This document shows positions 8,892 to 19,604 of a DNA stretch of 51,650 bases, in pieces. The notes under the pieces were generated by a model that made no database searches, was not told where the DNA came from, and saw nothing but the letters and a program-made list of their open reading frames with translations. How positions within the stretch are numbered: position 1 is the stretch's first letter; each line of letters starts with the position of its first letter. The stretch spans positions 1 to 51,650 of the forward strand of contig JBEKGO010000014.1 of the NCBI GenBank assembly GCA_050012755.1. The letters are read 5' to 3'. The DNA is from Candidatus Bathyarchaeia archaeon. Lineage in GTDB: Archaea > Thermoproteota > Bathyarchaeia > Bathyarchaeales > Bathycorpusculaceae. The position numbers and the translations under genes were made by a program.

Positions 8892-11800
8892 TTATTTCTT
8901 GACTTTTTGTTTTGATTCATCGGTTTGATTTTTCGCTTTAATTTGATTCTTATCTTCTGTTCCATTTCTGGATAGTTTGTAGGGCCACCAGTTAAATTTT
9001 TGTGCTAAACCCATCAGCGAAGGGACGAAGAAAAGGATGACAACGGTGACGTCGATTACAATGGCAGCGGCTACTGCAAGAGCGATTTCTTGAAGGATGG
9101 CAATGTTCGTTATCAGCAGCGAGGCAAATACAGTGGCGAGGACGAGCCCCAAGCCAAGGATGGTTACCCAAACCTTGTCGATAGCTGTTACTATTGCTTC
9201 ATTATCAGTTTTGCCGCCAAGAACTTCTTCTCGGATGCGTGTAAGGAAAAATATGTCATAGTCTATTCCCACTCCTAGCATAGTTACAACTACGAATAAT
9301 GGCGCAAAGTCTAGAATAGGCAAGTTAAGAGCATCAAAAAATATTAAGGAAATAATAGCCAAAGCGAACACTACGCTGCAAAGTATTGTAATTATCAGTC
9401 GAATTGGTGTGAAGGCAGATCGGAGCTGAATAAACAAGATCACATACACAGCGGCTGCAAGGATTGCCACAACTTCAGGGATCAAATTAGCCATAAACGC
9501 TTGGCTGTCAATAGTTGATTGCGTAGCACCGCCATAGTGCACAGTTATACCGTTCAGGAGGGATAATTGGCTGATGTTTTTCTCTAAGCCATGTAAAGAA
9601 TTCATTGCCGTTGGAGTAAATGCTCCATCCGAGAAATTTACAGTAATCACTGCGGTCTTGTTGTCTTTTCCAATAGTTGTGAATATTTGACTCTTATATT
9701 GGGTTGAGAGTGTTTCCGACATATTTTCCAGTGAAGAATAGTTAAAAGAATTTTCGAATGGTCTTGTAGGACCTGATACTGAAACTACCCCCTTAGAGTT
9801 TGCGGCTGCAACAGTAATTTGCTCTATCTGGTTGAGTAGAGTTTGGTTAAACTGGTTGTTTCCATAAGTTATCTGTGTGGGCGTTGTTATAACGATAGAA
9901 GTTGGCTCAAGTGTTCCGCTTCCAAAGCTGTTTGCTATGGCCGTTAGTCCCTGATTGCTTTGAAAGTTTGGAATTAATTTCAGGAAATCTTCGCCTGTGG
10001 GAGTATTATACATGACAGCGAAAGCGCTTAACGCCACTATGCTAATGATTATTACGATGGGTACTTTACGTTTAAGAGTGCTGTGCGCTAAACGCTTTAG
10101 CACATTTTTGTTCGGATCAGATTTTGCTCTTTTAAGCTTATTCAATCCAGGCCAAAACATTCTGTCGCCTAACGCTATTTCAAGGGAAGGTAATAATGTG
10201 AGGGATGCTGCAAGTAAAATTGAAACACCTAATGCTATTGAAGTTCCGACATCGCTGAAGATCGGTACGTTTGCAACTGCCATAACAATGTAGGCAACAA
10301 TCACTGTCATGCCTGCAGTTAAAACCGCTTGTCCAGCCCACTTAATCGAAGTACTTACACTTTCCTCAATTGATTTGCCTTTTTGCCGTTCTTCTCTTGT
10401 GCGCCTGAGTTGCAAAACTGAGTAGTCTACTGCTAATCCTAACATTAACAAAATCGTTAATGTTGGAGTTAGGAAAGTCAAGTTTCCTTTGCCGATACCT
10501 ACTACTGCTTCGTAGATGGCTGCAAGCGCAACAGAAACTGAGATACCTCCAAGCAGAACCGGAATCAAAGCAGCGACCGGCGCCAAAAACAGAAGCCCAA
10601 CAATTAAGAGCGAAATTCCAATGCCCGGTCCAATGGTTAGTTCCAGTGCAGGCAAGAATGCTTTCTCAACATCTTTACTTAAGACTGATCCGCCAGTAAC
10701 ATAGACAGTTCCAAGGTTGTGTAATCCTGAATTTTGTACGTTTGATTCTACTTTATCTATTGTGTTTTGGTCTGTGCTGGATGAAAAACCGAATATTACT
10801 AGCATAGTGTTATTCTGTGAGTTGACAAAGTTTCCTGTTAAAGCTCTTGAAGCTAGATAGGGGTAGTTTGTGTAGGATTGCGTTGAAATCAGGTTGTTAA
10901 TGACATTGTCTATGTCGGTAATTGTTGCGTTCGGCGAAAGATCAGACAGTAGACTACTGAGTGATGCGCTGTTTATTGTGAATAATGGCGAGTCTTTGAA
11001 AGTGTTTTCAGTAGCGTTTGATATAAAATCACAGGCTAGGTTCCATGTTTGAGTGCTGTTAGGTGATGCACCAAGCTGATATGTGGACTGCATTAGATCC
11101 GAAACCGAAAAACCTGCATCTGCACTTGTTAGGCTAGAGTAGCTTTGTTGTAGGAGCGTAATTGCATAGTTTCCAAGTGTCGAGTTTGAGGGGCTATAAC
11201 CAAAGCTATACAGTTGGTTTACAATGCTTGACGGCGAAGCTCCGAGAGCAGATGAAAGATCTGCAGGAATACTTGAAGTCATAGTTGAAATAGTCAAGTT
11301 TGAGATTGCTTGGGGCCGGTTCCAGTTTAAGACTGTTAAGTTAGATGCTACTGAACTAACCATTATGCTTGTCTGACTATCAAGTTGCCCGCTGATTAAC
11401 ATCGATGTTACGGCTTGATTCACTGCAAATGCTTCACGATTAGACACTGCTGTATCGTTTGATAAAGTTTGAAAACTTGAACTCCAAGCGCCAAAGAAAG
11501 CTTGATAATACCCAATTGATTGAGCGTCGCCTCCAAAGTTGGATGTTAAACTGTACACGGTTGCATTTGCTTCGAGGTTAGCCATTTCCGGGTCAGTTAC
11601 TCCTTGAGCAACTATTCCTTGCCAAGCACCCACGAAGGCTGCAGGTATGCCGTAAATTAACTGCGCTGTTTGGTTGATGCCATCTTGTAGCTGAAACAGG
11701 TTAAGGCTTAATTCAGACAGATTACTCTGCAGCATATACAATCCGGAGTTTATCGAGGAGATGTTGGATTGAAGACCTGCAGCTTGACTAAGTATTGTAG

Positions 11801-12200
11801 GCACTGACGAGTTAAGCAAACTCGCCTCCAAGGAGTAAAGGCTTGATTCACCGGTGTAATTGCCCACATCTTTATCATTATATAGCGTTTCATTGAGGGC
11901 AAGCACCTTCTGCCTTAGCAAGTCCGAATAAACAGGCGTTCCTTGAATGACAACAATAATGATGTTGCTTTCACTGCTACTGCTTGTCGAAGGAAATTGA
12001 GTCTTTACAATACTGGCTGCTTTGTCTGCCTCAGTATTAGGTGGTCCCCCAAAGCTACCAGTTATGTCATAAGAAACAGATGAAAAGAAGCTTGGAATAA
12101 GAACAAGCGAAAGCAGAACTGCAACTACCCAGGCGATGATGATCCATCGATGTCGTTTGCGAATGAACTTGTTTAGTAAATCAAAATATGATTTCGGCAA
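8892..12200 (-). CDS. MMPL (RND superfamily) transporter with a large extracytoplasmic insert
   Basis: Two TM repeats with GLAVDYS and GVGIDYDIFFLTRIREE motifs. Confidence 0.9.
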   Translation of the reverse strand: MPKSYFDLLNKFIRKRHRWIIIAWVVAVLLSLVLIPSFFSSVSYDITGSFGGPPNTEADKAASIVKTQFPSTSSSSESNIIIVVIQGTPVYSDLLRQKVLALNETLYNDKDVGNYTGESSLYSLEASLLNSSVPTILSQAAGLQSNISSINSGLYMLQSNLSELSLNLFQLQDGINQTAQLIYGIPAAFVGAWQGIVAQGVTDPEMANLEANATVYSLTSNFGGDAQSIGYYQAFFGAWSSSFQTLSNDTAVSNREAFAVNQAVTSMLISGQLDSQTSIMVSSVASNLTVLNWNRPQAISNLTISTMTSSIPADLSSALGASPSSIVNQLYSFGYSPSNSTLGNYAITLLQQSYSSLTSADAGFSVSDLMQSTYQLGASPNSTQTWNLACDFISNATENTFKDSPLFTINSASLSSLLSDLSPNATITDIDNVINNLISTQSYTNYPYLASRALTGNFVNSQNNTMLVIFGFSSSTDQNTIDKVESNVQNSGLHNLGTVYVTGGSVLSKDVEKAFLPALELTIGPGIGISLLIVGLLFLAPVAALIPVLLGGISVSVALAAIYEAVVGIGKGNLTFLTPTLTILLMLGLAVDYSVLQLRRTREERQKGKSIEESVSTSIKWAGQAVLTAGMTVIVAYIVMAVANVPIFSDVGTSIALGVSILLAASLTLLPSLEIALGDRMFWPGLNKLKRAKSDPNKNVLKRLAHSTLKRKVPIVIIISIVALSAFAVMYNTPTGEDFLKLIPNFQSNQGLTAIANSFGSGTLEPTSIVITTPTQITYGNNQFNQTLLNQIEQITVAAANSKGVVSVSGPTRPFENSFNYSSLENMSETLSTQYKSQIFTTIGKDNKTAVITVNFSDGAFTPTAMNSLHGLEKNISQLSLLNGITVHYGGATQSTIDSQAFMANLIPEVVAILAAAVYVILFIQLRSAFTPIRLIITILCSVVFALAIISLIFFDALNLPILDFAPLFVVVTMLGVGIDYDIFFLTRIREEVLGGKTDNEAIVTAIDKVWVTILGLGLVLATVFASLLITNIAILQEIALAVAAAIVIDVTVVILFFVPSLMGLAQKFNWWPYKLSRNGTEDKNQIKAKNQTDESKQKVKK

Positions 12201-12412
12201 TTAACGTCAAGTCCAGTTAAGTAATTACTGCGTTGTTACCTTGCATACTAATCGTTCTTCTCAAGTGCGGTTTACGTTGTCTTTCTTAAAGATTTCCCAA
12301 GATTTTGCCATAGACCTATGAAACCAGGATGAATTAATGAAACTGCAAAGTAAGTAAATAGAGCATTGAAATGGTAAGTTTGAAAAAAAAATAGTTCCTG
12401 TATCTCTGTTGA

Positions 12413-12964
12413 TTAATTAATCCACTTAATGATCGGCTTCTTTCTTTTGCCAGCGCCTTGTTTTGTTTTAGGGTGACCAAGTATGAAGGGCACCATCAGC
12501 TCGTAGTTTTCAGGGACCCCGATTTTCCTTAGAATATCTGGTTTGCTGTTTAGTAGACTTACGAATCCCATATAGCATGTTCCAAGCCCAAGCTCATATG
12601 TTTTCAAAAACATGTTTTGAGCAGCAAGAACACAGTCCAACAGATTCAAATCGTTCCACTGAGCGTCTTTTTCTGAACATATCAAAATGAGAACGGGGGC
12701 ATCATAACATATTATGTCTTCTTCTGTCGCGTATCGCTCAGCTAGTGGTGGCCTCATCTGCTGGACAACAAGTTTGGTTTCATCAGATACATACTTGATT
12801 AATTTCTTATCTTCAATAACGATAAATCTCCAAGGCTCCCTTGCCATTCCAGTTGGAGCCCAAATTCCGGCTTCAACAACTTTTTCAATCTGCACCTTCG
12901 AAACAGGCTCGTTCGTATAACATCTAACGCTTCTTCTACCTTTGATACAAGCATCAAGTTCCAT
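12413..12964 (-). CDS. Nitroreductase family protein
   Basis: RRSVRCY, WAPTG..EPWRF and AAQNMFL...LGLGTCY motifs. Start moved to the ATG of MELDAC. Confidence 0.88.
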   Translation of the reverse strand: MELDACIKGRRSVRCYTNEPVSKVQIEKVVEAGIWAPTGMAREPWRFIVIEDKKLIKYVSDETKLVVQQMRPPLAERYATEEDIICYDAPVLILICSEKDAQWNDLNLLDCVLAAQNMFLKTYELGLGTCYMGFVSLLNSKPDILRKIGVPENYELMVPFILGHPKTKQGAGKRKKPIIKWIN

Positions 12965-13192
12965 AAATAATCCCAATTGGCTAACAGTGTTAAAATCAAG
13001 TAAATAAATGTGAGCCACTTCCAAACGGAGAAATCTTGAAGAATTTCCACATCCCATCTAGAAAAACGCTAGGTTCGCTTAGTAATCTCTGATCCCTTGT
13101 TTTAGTTTTTTCCAGAGTCGACTTTATGCTGTATTCTAGATTCATAAATGACTTATAATAAGATTTTAATTATCCAATTTGGGGCATAGCCA

Positions 13193-15526
13193 ATAGAACA
13201 ACTGAATCAAAATGCAACGGTTGTAGAAATAACAGACATCGCGTCTTCAAACAAATGTAGAAACCGAGTTATTCGACTTTTACATGTTGACGACGATCCA
13301 TGCTTTTTAGAGATTTCAAAACAGATTATATCAATGGAAAACAACTTTGAGATCGATAATGCCACATCTGTCGACGAAGCTTTCAAAAAGTTAGAACAGC
13401 AACCATATGATGCAATAGTTTCCGACTATGAAATGCCCCAGAAAAACGGATTAGACTTTCTAAAAAAGATTAGAGAAGAAAATAATCAAATTCCATTTAT
13501 CTTGTTTACAGGCAAAGGAAGAGAAGGCGTTGCCGTTAAAGCTTTAAATTTGGGTGCTGACCGCTACATTGACAAAAATGGTTCGACAGAAACAGTTTAT
13601 TGCGAATTGGCAGACGCAATAAATAAGTCTGTCGAAAGCAAAGAGTCGAAAAAAGCGCTTGCCGAGTCAGAGTTGAATTATCGTACAATGGTTGAGAAAT
13701 CGCTTCAGGGAGTATTAATTACTCAAGTTTCTCCACTGCGTCTGGTTTTTGCCAACGCGTCCATGAGTAAAATGTTGGGCTATTCCATTAAAGAGTTAAA
13801 ATCTCTCTCCCCAAAAGGAGTTGCAGAATTGATATATAATGAAGATAGGATTGCTTTCTTTGCCCGTTTAGAAAGCCGTATGCGTGGTGAACCAGCACCC
13901 TCAAGCCTTGAGTTTAGGGCAGTAAGAAAGAACGGTTCATTAGTTTGGCTGGAAGCATTCGCAAGTCGCATTGAATACATGGGTCAACCAGCGGTACAGG
14001 GCATGTTCTTAGACATTGATGAACGCAAAAAGGTCAACGAGATTTTGCGTGAAAGCGAGCAAAAGTACAGGGAACTGGCAAATTCTTTGCCCAACATTGT
14101 TTATGAATCTGATATAACTGGGAAGGTGGAATTTGTCAACGATAAGGGGCTAGAGATTGCTGGCGTTTCAAATGAGGATTTCAAAAAAGAATTGAATATA
14201 CTGCAGTTCCTTATCCCTGAAGATAGGCAAAGAGCAATGGAAAGTATGCAGCGTTTGTTAGCAGGAGGCAGTAATGTTCCTTCTGAATACGTATTCTTGC
14301 GGAAAGACGGGAGCACTTTTCCTACGCTTATTGCAACAACTCTTCGCATTTCGGGAAACAAGGTGACAGGATTTAGAGGGCTAGTCATTGACATCACTGA
14401 GCGCAAGCAAATGGAACAAGATTTGCAGGCAAGTGACGCTAAGTTTAAGGCCATTAATGAATCTGCGATTGACGCAATTTTTCTATTCGATGAGGAAGAC
14501 AGAATTGTGTATTGGAATCCTGCTGCTGAACAGATTTTTGGTTACACAGCGAGTGAAATAATCGGCAAAAAAGTAAGCGAGAATCTTGTTCCTCCTCGTT
14601 TTGGCAAAGACCACCTTAACCTCATTGCAAAACTTGCTGAAGTCGAAAAAAAGAAGGTTACAGGTGAAATTCTAGAGTTTCCTGCTCTCAGAAAAGATGG
14701 ATCCGAATTTCCGATAGAGCTCTCTATGACTGCTTTCCAACTTGAGGGCATTCGGTACTTTACGGCTATAGCTAGAGATGTCACTGAACGAAAAATAGCC
14801 GAAGAAAAAGTGGATCAGATGGTAAATCAGTTGGTATTGGTTAACGAAAAATTGGGCGTAGTTGGCAGCTTAACTAGGCATGATGTTCGAAACAAGCTTT
14901 CAGCCGTGACTGGTTATGCGTATTTGCTCAAAAAGAAACATAGCGATCTGACAGACATTGTGGATGGACTTAGTAAGATGGAGCAGGCAGTTGCGGAATC
15001 GGTGAAGATTTTTGACTTTGCCAAATTGTATGAACAACTTGGGGTTGAAGACCTGACATACGTCAATGTTGACGCCAAACTGAAAGAAGCCGTTGCTCTT
15101 TTTTCTGGCTCACTCCCCGCTGTCAAAAATGAATGTAGGGGTATGACTGTTTTGGCAGATTCATTTCTAAGGCAACTGTTCTACAATTTCATTGATAATA
15201 CGAGAAAATACGGCGAGAAAACCACAACTATCAGAGTGTATTATGAAGAGGCTGATCAGGAGAGTCTGAAGCTGATCTATGAGGATGACGGAGTAGGCGT
15301 ATCTTTAGAGAACAAACCATGTCTTTTCAAAGAGGGCTTCAGCACAGGCGGTAGCACAGGCTTCGGATTATTCCTAACCAAGAAGATGATGGATGTTTAT
15401 GGCTGGGAAATCCAAGAGAACGGTGAACCTGGCAAAGGAGCCAAATTCACCATAACCATTCCAAAAACGAGCAAGAGCGGCAAAGAAAACTATCGAATCG
15501 ACTCAAAAACAAGTAAAAATTTGTAA
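13193..15526 (+). CDS. REC-PAS(x3)-histidine kinase
   Basis: The frame upstream of 13334 encodes IRLLHVDDD (REC beta1). Also SDYEMP, FTGKG, three PAS repeats, TRHDVRNKL, DDGVG and GFGL. The start is uncertain (ATA 13193 or CTG 13202). Confidence 0.88.
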   Translation: MEQLNQNATVVEITDIASSNKCRNRVIRLLHVDDDPCFLEISKQIISMENNFEIDNATSVDEAFKKLEQQPYDAIVSDYEMPQKNGLDFLKKIREENNQIPFILFTGKGREGVAVKALNLGADRYIDKNGSTETVYCELADAINKSVESKESKKALAESELNYRTMVEKSLQGVLITQVSPLRLVFANASMSKMLGYSIKELKSLSPKGVAELIYNEDRIAFFARLESRMRGEPAPSSLEFRAVRKNGSLVWLEAFASRIEYMGQPAVQGMFLDIDERKKVNEILRESEQKYRELANSLPNIVYESDITGKVEFVNDKGLEIAGVSNEDFKKELNILQFLIPEDRQRAMESMQRLLAGGSNVPSEYVFLRKDGSTFPTLIATTLRISGNKVTGFRGLVIDITERKQMEQDLQASDAKFKAINESAIDAIFLFDEEDRIVYWNPAAEQIFGYTASEIIGKKVSENLVPPRFGKDHLNLIAKLAEVEKKKVTGEILEFPALRKDGSEFPIELSMTAFQLEGIRYFTAIARDVTERKIAEEKVDQMVNQLVLVNEKLGVVGSLTRHDVRNKLSAVTGYAYLLKKKHSDLTDIVDGLSKMEQAVAESVKIFDFAKLYEQLGVEDLTYVNVDAKLKEAVALFSGSLPAVKNECRGMTVLADSFLRQLFYNFIDNTRKYGEKTTTIRVYYEEADQESLKLIYEDDGVGVSLENKPCLFKEGFSTGGSTGFGLFLTKKMMDVYGWEIQENGEPGKGAKFTITIPKTSKSGKENYRIDSKTSKNL

Positions 15527-15610
15527 AACAAAAAAACAAAACAAGGGCAAACAGAAACAAACAACTCAACCTTTGGGTGAACGCTTAACTAAATTTTGAC
15601 TATTACTGTT

Positions 15611-15794
15611 ATGCAGGTCTTAAGTCACAAAAACATCAAGAATACCTTGCTTTCCATACAGCTAATACAAGTGGAGAAGACGACCAATTCATTTGCAAAT
15701 CTACCAAAGCAAAGACAAAATCTAAGACTTGATCAATCAGGATGAGTTTGTCTGCTTCTCGGATGACCTTTAATTCTTTAGAACGAAAATGAAA
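15611..15794 (+). pseudogene. Degraded C-terminus of a tyrosine integrase next to the tRNA-Phe 3' end
   Basis: MQVLSHKNIKNTLLSIQL corresponds to the LGH..I..T..Y box II with G>S and catalytic Y>S. Frameshifted EDDQFICK and EFVCFSDDL*FFRTK follow. Confidence 0.65.
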
Positions 15795-15824
15795 GTGTCG
15801 CTGGGTTATACCAAATTAATGGAT

Positions 15825-15901
15825 TGGTGCCGAGGGCAGGGTTTGAACATGCGACGACTCGGTCTTCAGCCGAGCGCTCTCCCAGGCTGAGCTACCTCGG
15901 C
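15825..15901 (-). tRNA. tRNA-Phe(GAA), CCA encoded
   Basis: Acceptor stem GCCGAGG/CCTCGGC and anticodon arm CTCGG-CTGAAGA-CCGAG. The T arm GCATG-TTCAAAC-CCTGC has one mismatch. Confidence 0.93.
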
Positions 15902-16117
15902 ACATATTTGGATAGACTTGGAACTTTCAGAGAGCTATATGGTTTGTAGCACCCATACTTATTTACGTTTTCGTAGAGTATCAAATTGTTTTTCTGGCAA
16001 GAGATTCAAAACAATTGACAAAATTTGAGCTCTTCAGTTCTAAAATTTTGAAGGTTTGATTTGAGAAACCCTATCCGACAAGTGCCCTGGGCAGAGAATG
16101 AATTCGAATAAACTTTG

Positions 16118-16393
16118 TCAAACTGGTTCAAGCACAACCTCAATTAAACTATCTTTAAGATTGGGCAATATTTGGTTCAATTGGACGATAACTATTCTTG
16201 GAACTGTTACGCGACCGGCGGGAAGCATTTTGCCTAAAAAACTTTCAGAAAAGCCCAGATTGAATATTCTTAGGGTTATTTTCATTGTTTGGGTAGGTTC
16301 AAGTTTGTATTCCCAGCGGACAATTTTTGGGATTTGGAAGCGGCTCTGTTTTTGCAGTTGAACTTTAAATGTTACTCTATGGGTTAGGGGCAA
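16118..16393 (-). CDS. AbrB/SpoVT-like DNA-binding protein (two swapped-hairpin units)
   Basis: Repeated motifs Q.QSRFQIPKIVR and GRVTVPR; AGGAG RBS upstream. Confidence 0.6.
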   Translation of the reverse strand: MPLTHRVTFKVQLQKQSRFQIPKIVRWEYKLEPTQTMKITLRIFNLGFSESFLGKMLPAGRVTVPRIVIVQLNQILPNLKDSLIEVVLEPV

Positions 16394-16872
16394 ATCAACT
16401 TCTCCTTGGAAGTACTTTCCTGTTCTTTTTTATACTTTTTTGTTCATTCCCATTCTTTTCCATTCATTTCTGTTCTTTTCCAACCTTTTCTGTACGTGAC
16501 CTGCAACTAATTTAGACCCGAAATTAAAAAAGCAACCCAAGACACAAAGAAAAAAATTGCGCAAGAAATCCGTCAATAACTCGTTCACAAGAAAGAGACG
16601 CATAGTTTGAAATATGCGTAAACGGTTTAGCCGATTTACCTGATTCTTCTAAGTTGAAACTAATGCAGGAAACTCATTGAGTGGCTTAGGAAATAGCCAA
16701 TTAAACCAGTGCCTACGAAACAAAGCAACATTAAAAATCCTTCTTGATCAGGTGATAACTCGAATTTAAACTTCTTTTTTAGACTCATGTTGTATACCGC
16801 TATCCTGTTTGTGTTTGTGAGGGGAAAGGTTTTATGAAGGGAAAATACGTAGTTTCAATCCATAACTGCATC

Positions 16873-16949
16873 GGGCCGTTAGTCTAGCTGGCTAGGACGT
16901 CGCCCTCACGCGGCGAAGATCACTGGTTCAAATCCGGTACGGCCCACCA
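16873..16949 (+). tRNA. tRNA-Val(CAC), CCA encoded
   Basis: Acceptor GGGCCGT/ACGGCCC; anticodon arm TCGCC-CTCACGC-GGCGA; T loop TTCAAAT. Confidence 0.95.
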
Positions 16950-17266
16950 GTCGTTTTCTTCTGATACTTTTTTCTAAGCTTGCAGTAGATAGGTTTGCCG
17001 CAATAATCGAAGCAGTTTTCGTGGTACTGTTCGCGGTGAGATTGTATTACGGTATAAATCATCCGCATCCAGAGCATTAAATCAATAATTGTTCCAATGG
17101 TCAACCAGAAATAAACAGTTAGTGTAGACTATGAAAAAGTAAAAATCCGTATTACCTTTGTCACTGCTATAAGCCGTTTTGCTGTTGTGCTTGCGCAGTC
17201 ACATATTTTTAAAAGCAGTTTAGCGTTTGATGCTTTAGTGTACTCTGTTGTTGGGAGGTGTAATCT

Positions 17267-17467
17267 GTGCCTGAAACATCAATTAACATAACTGAGAAAT
17301 TACAGAAGATCGGCCAAACCGCTTCAGAATATAAAGATGCTATTGTAAATCAATTTAAGGATATGGAAGTAGACGTAAAAACCTGGAACTTCTCAGTTGG
17401 AAAAGCCGATAAAGAATATATTGTTGAGGTTAACCTTAAGCTTGGCATTCGATCCAAAAAGGCTTAA
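17267..17467 (+). CDS. Small hypothetical protein
   Basis: Strong GGAGGTG RBS before the GTG start; T-rich terminator downstream. Confidence 0.65.
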   Translation: MPETSINITEKLQKIGQTASEYKDAIVNQFKDMEVDVKTWNFSVGKADKEYIVEVNLKLGIRSKKA

Positions 17468-17658
17468 GTAGATTTTTCCGGAAAATAACAAACCCATTTT
17501 CTTTTAAATATCTTATTTTAGGTTTATCTTTCGTTGAAAAACAAGCTTTTCAGAACTTGCTACATATGCAATTGAGCGGGTATGCTTCGGTGATTTGTCA
17601 CCAAAACAGATAAAAACTCGCTTTGCATCCATCAAGGCTACCTACAAGAGGAATGCGT

Positions 17659-17862
17659 ATGCCGTCTGAAATTACTGATGTTGATAAGTTCGTAGCTATG
17701 AGCGCGAAAGCAAAATATTGCTCAGTGAAAAGGCTTAAGGATACAGTTAAATTGAAGCTTCGCACCCCAAGCCAGCTTTACACTTTAAAAATTGAGCCAC
17801 TGAGGGCTGACGAAATAATCAAGAAGCTTCAATGTGAAATCCAAGAAAAGGAAAAAGAATAA
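17659..17862 (+). CDS. rpl38e: 50S ribosomal protein L38e
   Basis: MPSEITD..KF...VKLKLRTPSQLYTLK is the eL38 signature. Start set to the ATG at 17659. Confidence 0.88.
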   Translation: MPSEITDVDKFVAMSAKAKYCSVKRLKDTVKLKLRTPSQLYTLKIEPLRADEIIKKLQCEIQEKEKE

Positions 17863-18653
17863 TTTTTTCAAACAAACCTAATTTTTTGCTAATCATCTTA
17901 AACGTCACTCACTCTATAAAGTTCAAATTAGAATTCGCGTTTTGTATACGAAAGCATAAACAAAGTGATCGCCATTTTAGTTTACCATTTTTGTCTAAAC
18001 TCCCAAAATTCTCGAAAGTTCACGAACGTTAAATATACATGGCTGAACACAGAACAAAAACTAAGCGGAAAGAGTAGGGATGCCCAAATTGAGCGAATGA
18101 ATAGGCAAAAAAGGAAAAAAAGTGCGTAGAAAACCTAATTTGGAGGACTTTCTAGGCCAAATTTGGAGCTCAGTTGTCGTTAGAGAGCTTATTAGGTGAT
18201 TACTTCTGCGATCAGCTAAGTAAAAAGTCCGAAAGCAGCTTATTTGTTTGGCGAAAAATAGTCGAATGGTTATTTTTTACATTTAAAAGTTAAATTGACC
18301 TATTGAATTTAGTTAATAATGGTTTGTATCTGATTAAGTGTCCATGCTCTTTCAGACTATTTGACGATACGAGATGCGAAGGTGGATATTTTTTCTTTTC
18401 TGAAAAACGAAAGAAGGTTTTTCTGCAAGAGCTGTATAAGCGTTAAATAATATCCTAAGAGGGATTGGCCTAAGGAAAGTTAAGTTGAACTATGTTGACG
18501 AAGGGGAATAATTGATTTTAATGGATTTTGAAATGGGTTTGGTTGATGCTTTTGTATACGGCATGAAAAGGCTGACACTAGCGAAACTGCAATTTTCTCG
18601 TTGGTTAACAAGTAACTTTAACATGCTCTTGTTTAATTCTTGAGGTATCGGCG

Positions 18654-19358
18654 TTGAGTGTTGAGTGTAATCTGATTATTTCGCTGCTTAAATTGACCAA
18701 GAAGGGTGACGTTTTAACTGAAGATGTAAAAAAAGACTCGAGGATACCCGCCTCAACAACGAAGAATTTGCTATCAAAACTGCAAAATGAATGTCTCATT
18801 TATGTTAAAGAAGACCAGGTTGAAATCAACAGTGCAATGAGGCTTAAACTGGCCGTCAAAGCAGCATGTTTAGGGGCCGATGTTGAGCACATTAGCAATT
18901 TACTTTGTTGGCAAGAGTTTGAGGAAATTGCCGCTTTTGCCTTAAGCAATTTCGGTTACGCGGTCGCAAAAAACGTAAGATTCAAACATGCAGGGCGCAG
19001 ATGGGAAATTGATGTGGTGGGCTGTAAAAAACCCTTAGTGGTCTGTATAGATTGTAAGCATTGGCAGCATTCAATTGCTCCTTCAGCTTTGAGAAGAATT
19101 GTTGACTCACAGGTTGAACGAACAAGGGCATTTGCTGATTCTCTTCCAAACGTTTCACTGCACATGGAATGTACAAAATGGAATGAGGCAAAGTTTATTC
19201 CAGCAGTATTATCACTTATGCCAAGTTCATTCAAATTCTACGACAAAGTTCCAGTTGTGCCTGTTCTTCAAATGCAGGATTTTCTAAATCAAATGCCAAT
19301 GTACACTGAATCGCTAAAATCTTTCTATAAACACTTTAACAAGTTAAGCCAAATCTAA
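18654..19358 (+). CDS. wHTH + Mrr/NERD-like PD-(D/E)XK nuclease domain protein
   Basis: WQEFEE, WEIDVVG and CIDCKHW motifs; N-terminal HTH-like helices. Confidence 0.8.
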   Translation: MSVECNLIISLLKLTKKGDVLTEDVKKDSRIPASTTKNLLSKLQNECLIYVKEDQVEINSAMRLKLAVKAACLGADVEHISNLLCWQEFEEIAAFALSNFGYAVAKNVRFKHAGRRWEIDVVGCKKPLVVCIDCKHWQHSIAPSALRRIVDSQVERTRAFADSLPNVSLHMECTKWNEAKFIPAVLSLMPSSFKFYDKVPVVPVLQMQDFLNQMPMYTESLKSFYKHFNKLSQI

Positions 19359-19604
19359 AAAATAAATCCAGTTTTAGCTTCAAATGCGCACCCAATAGAT
19401 ATTCATAAAATCCGTTTATGAAAGCGGTTTTTTGACGAAGAAGTGCGCACCCCACTTGGTTCTTCTTCTTTTGGAAGCTTAGAAGAAGGACAATTGGTAG
19501 CAGCACCGTGTCCTTCTTCTTCTTTCAATAATTCAGGTCAATCGGCTTTCGACGAACGGCTTGCTCAAAGTACTCATATTATCAAAAACAAAAGCCAAAA
19601 CAAG

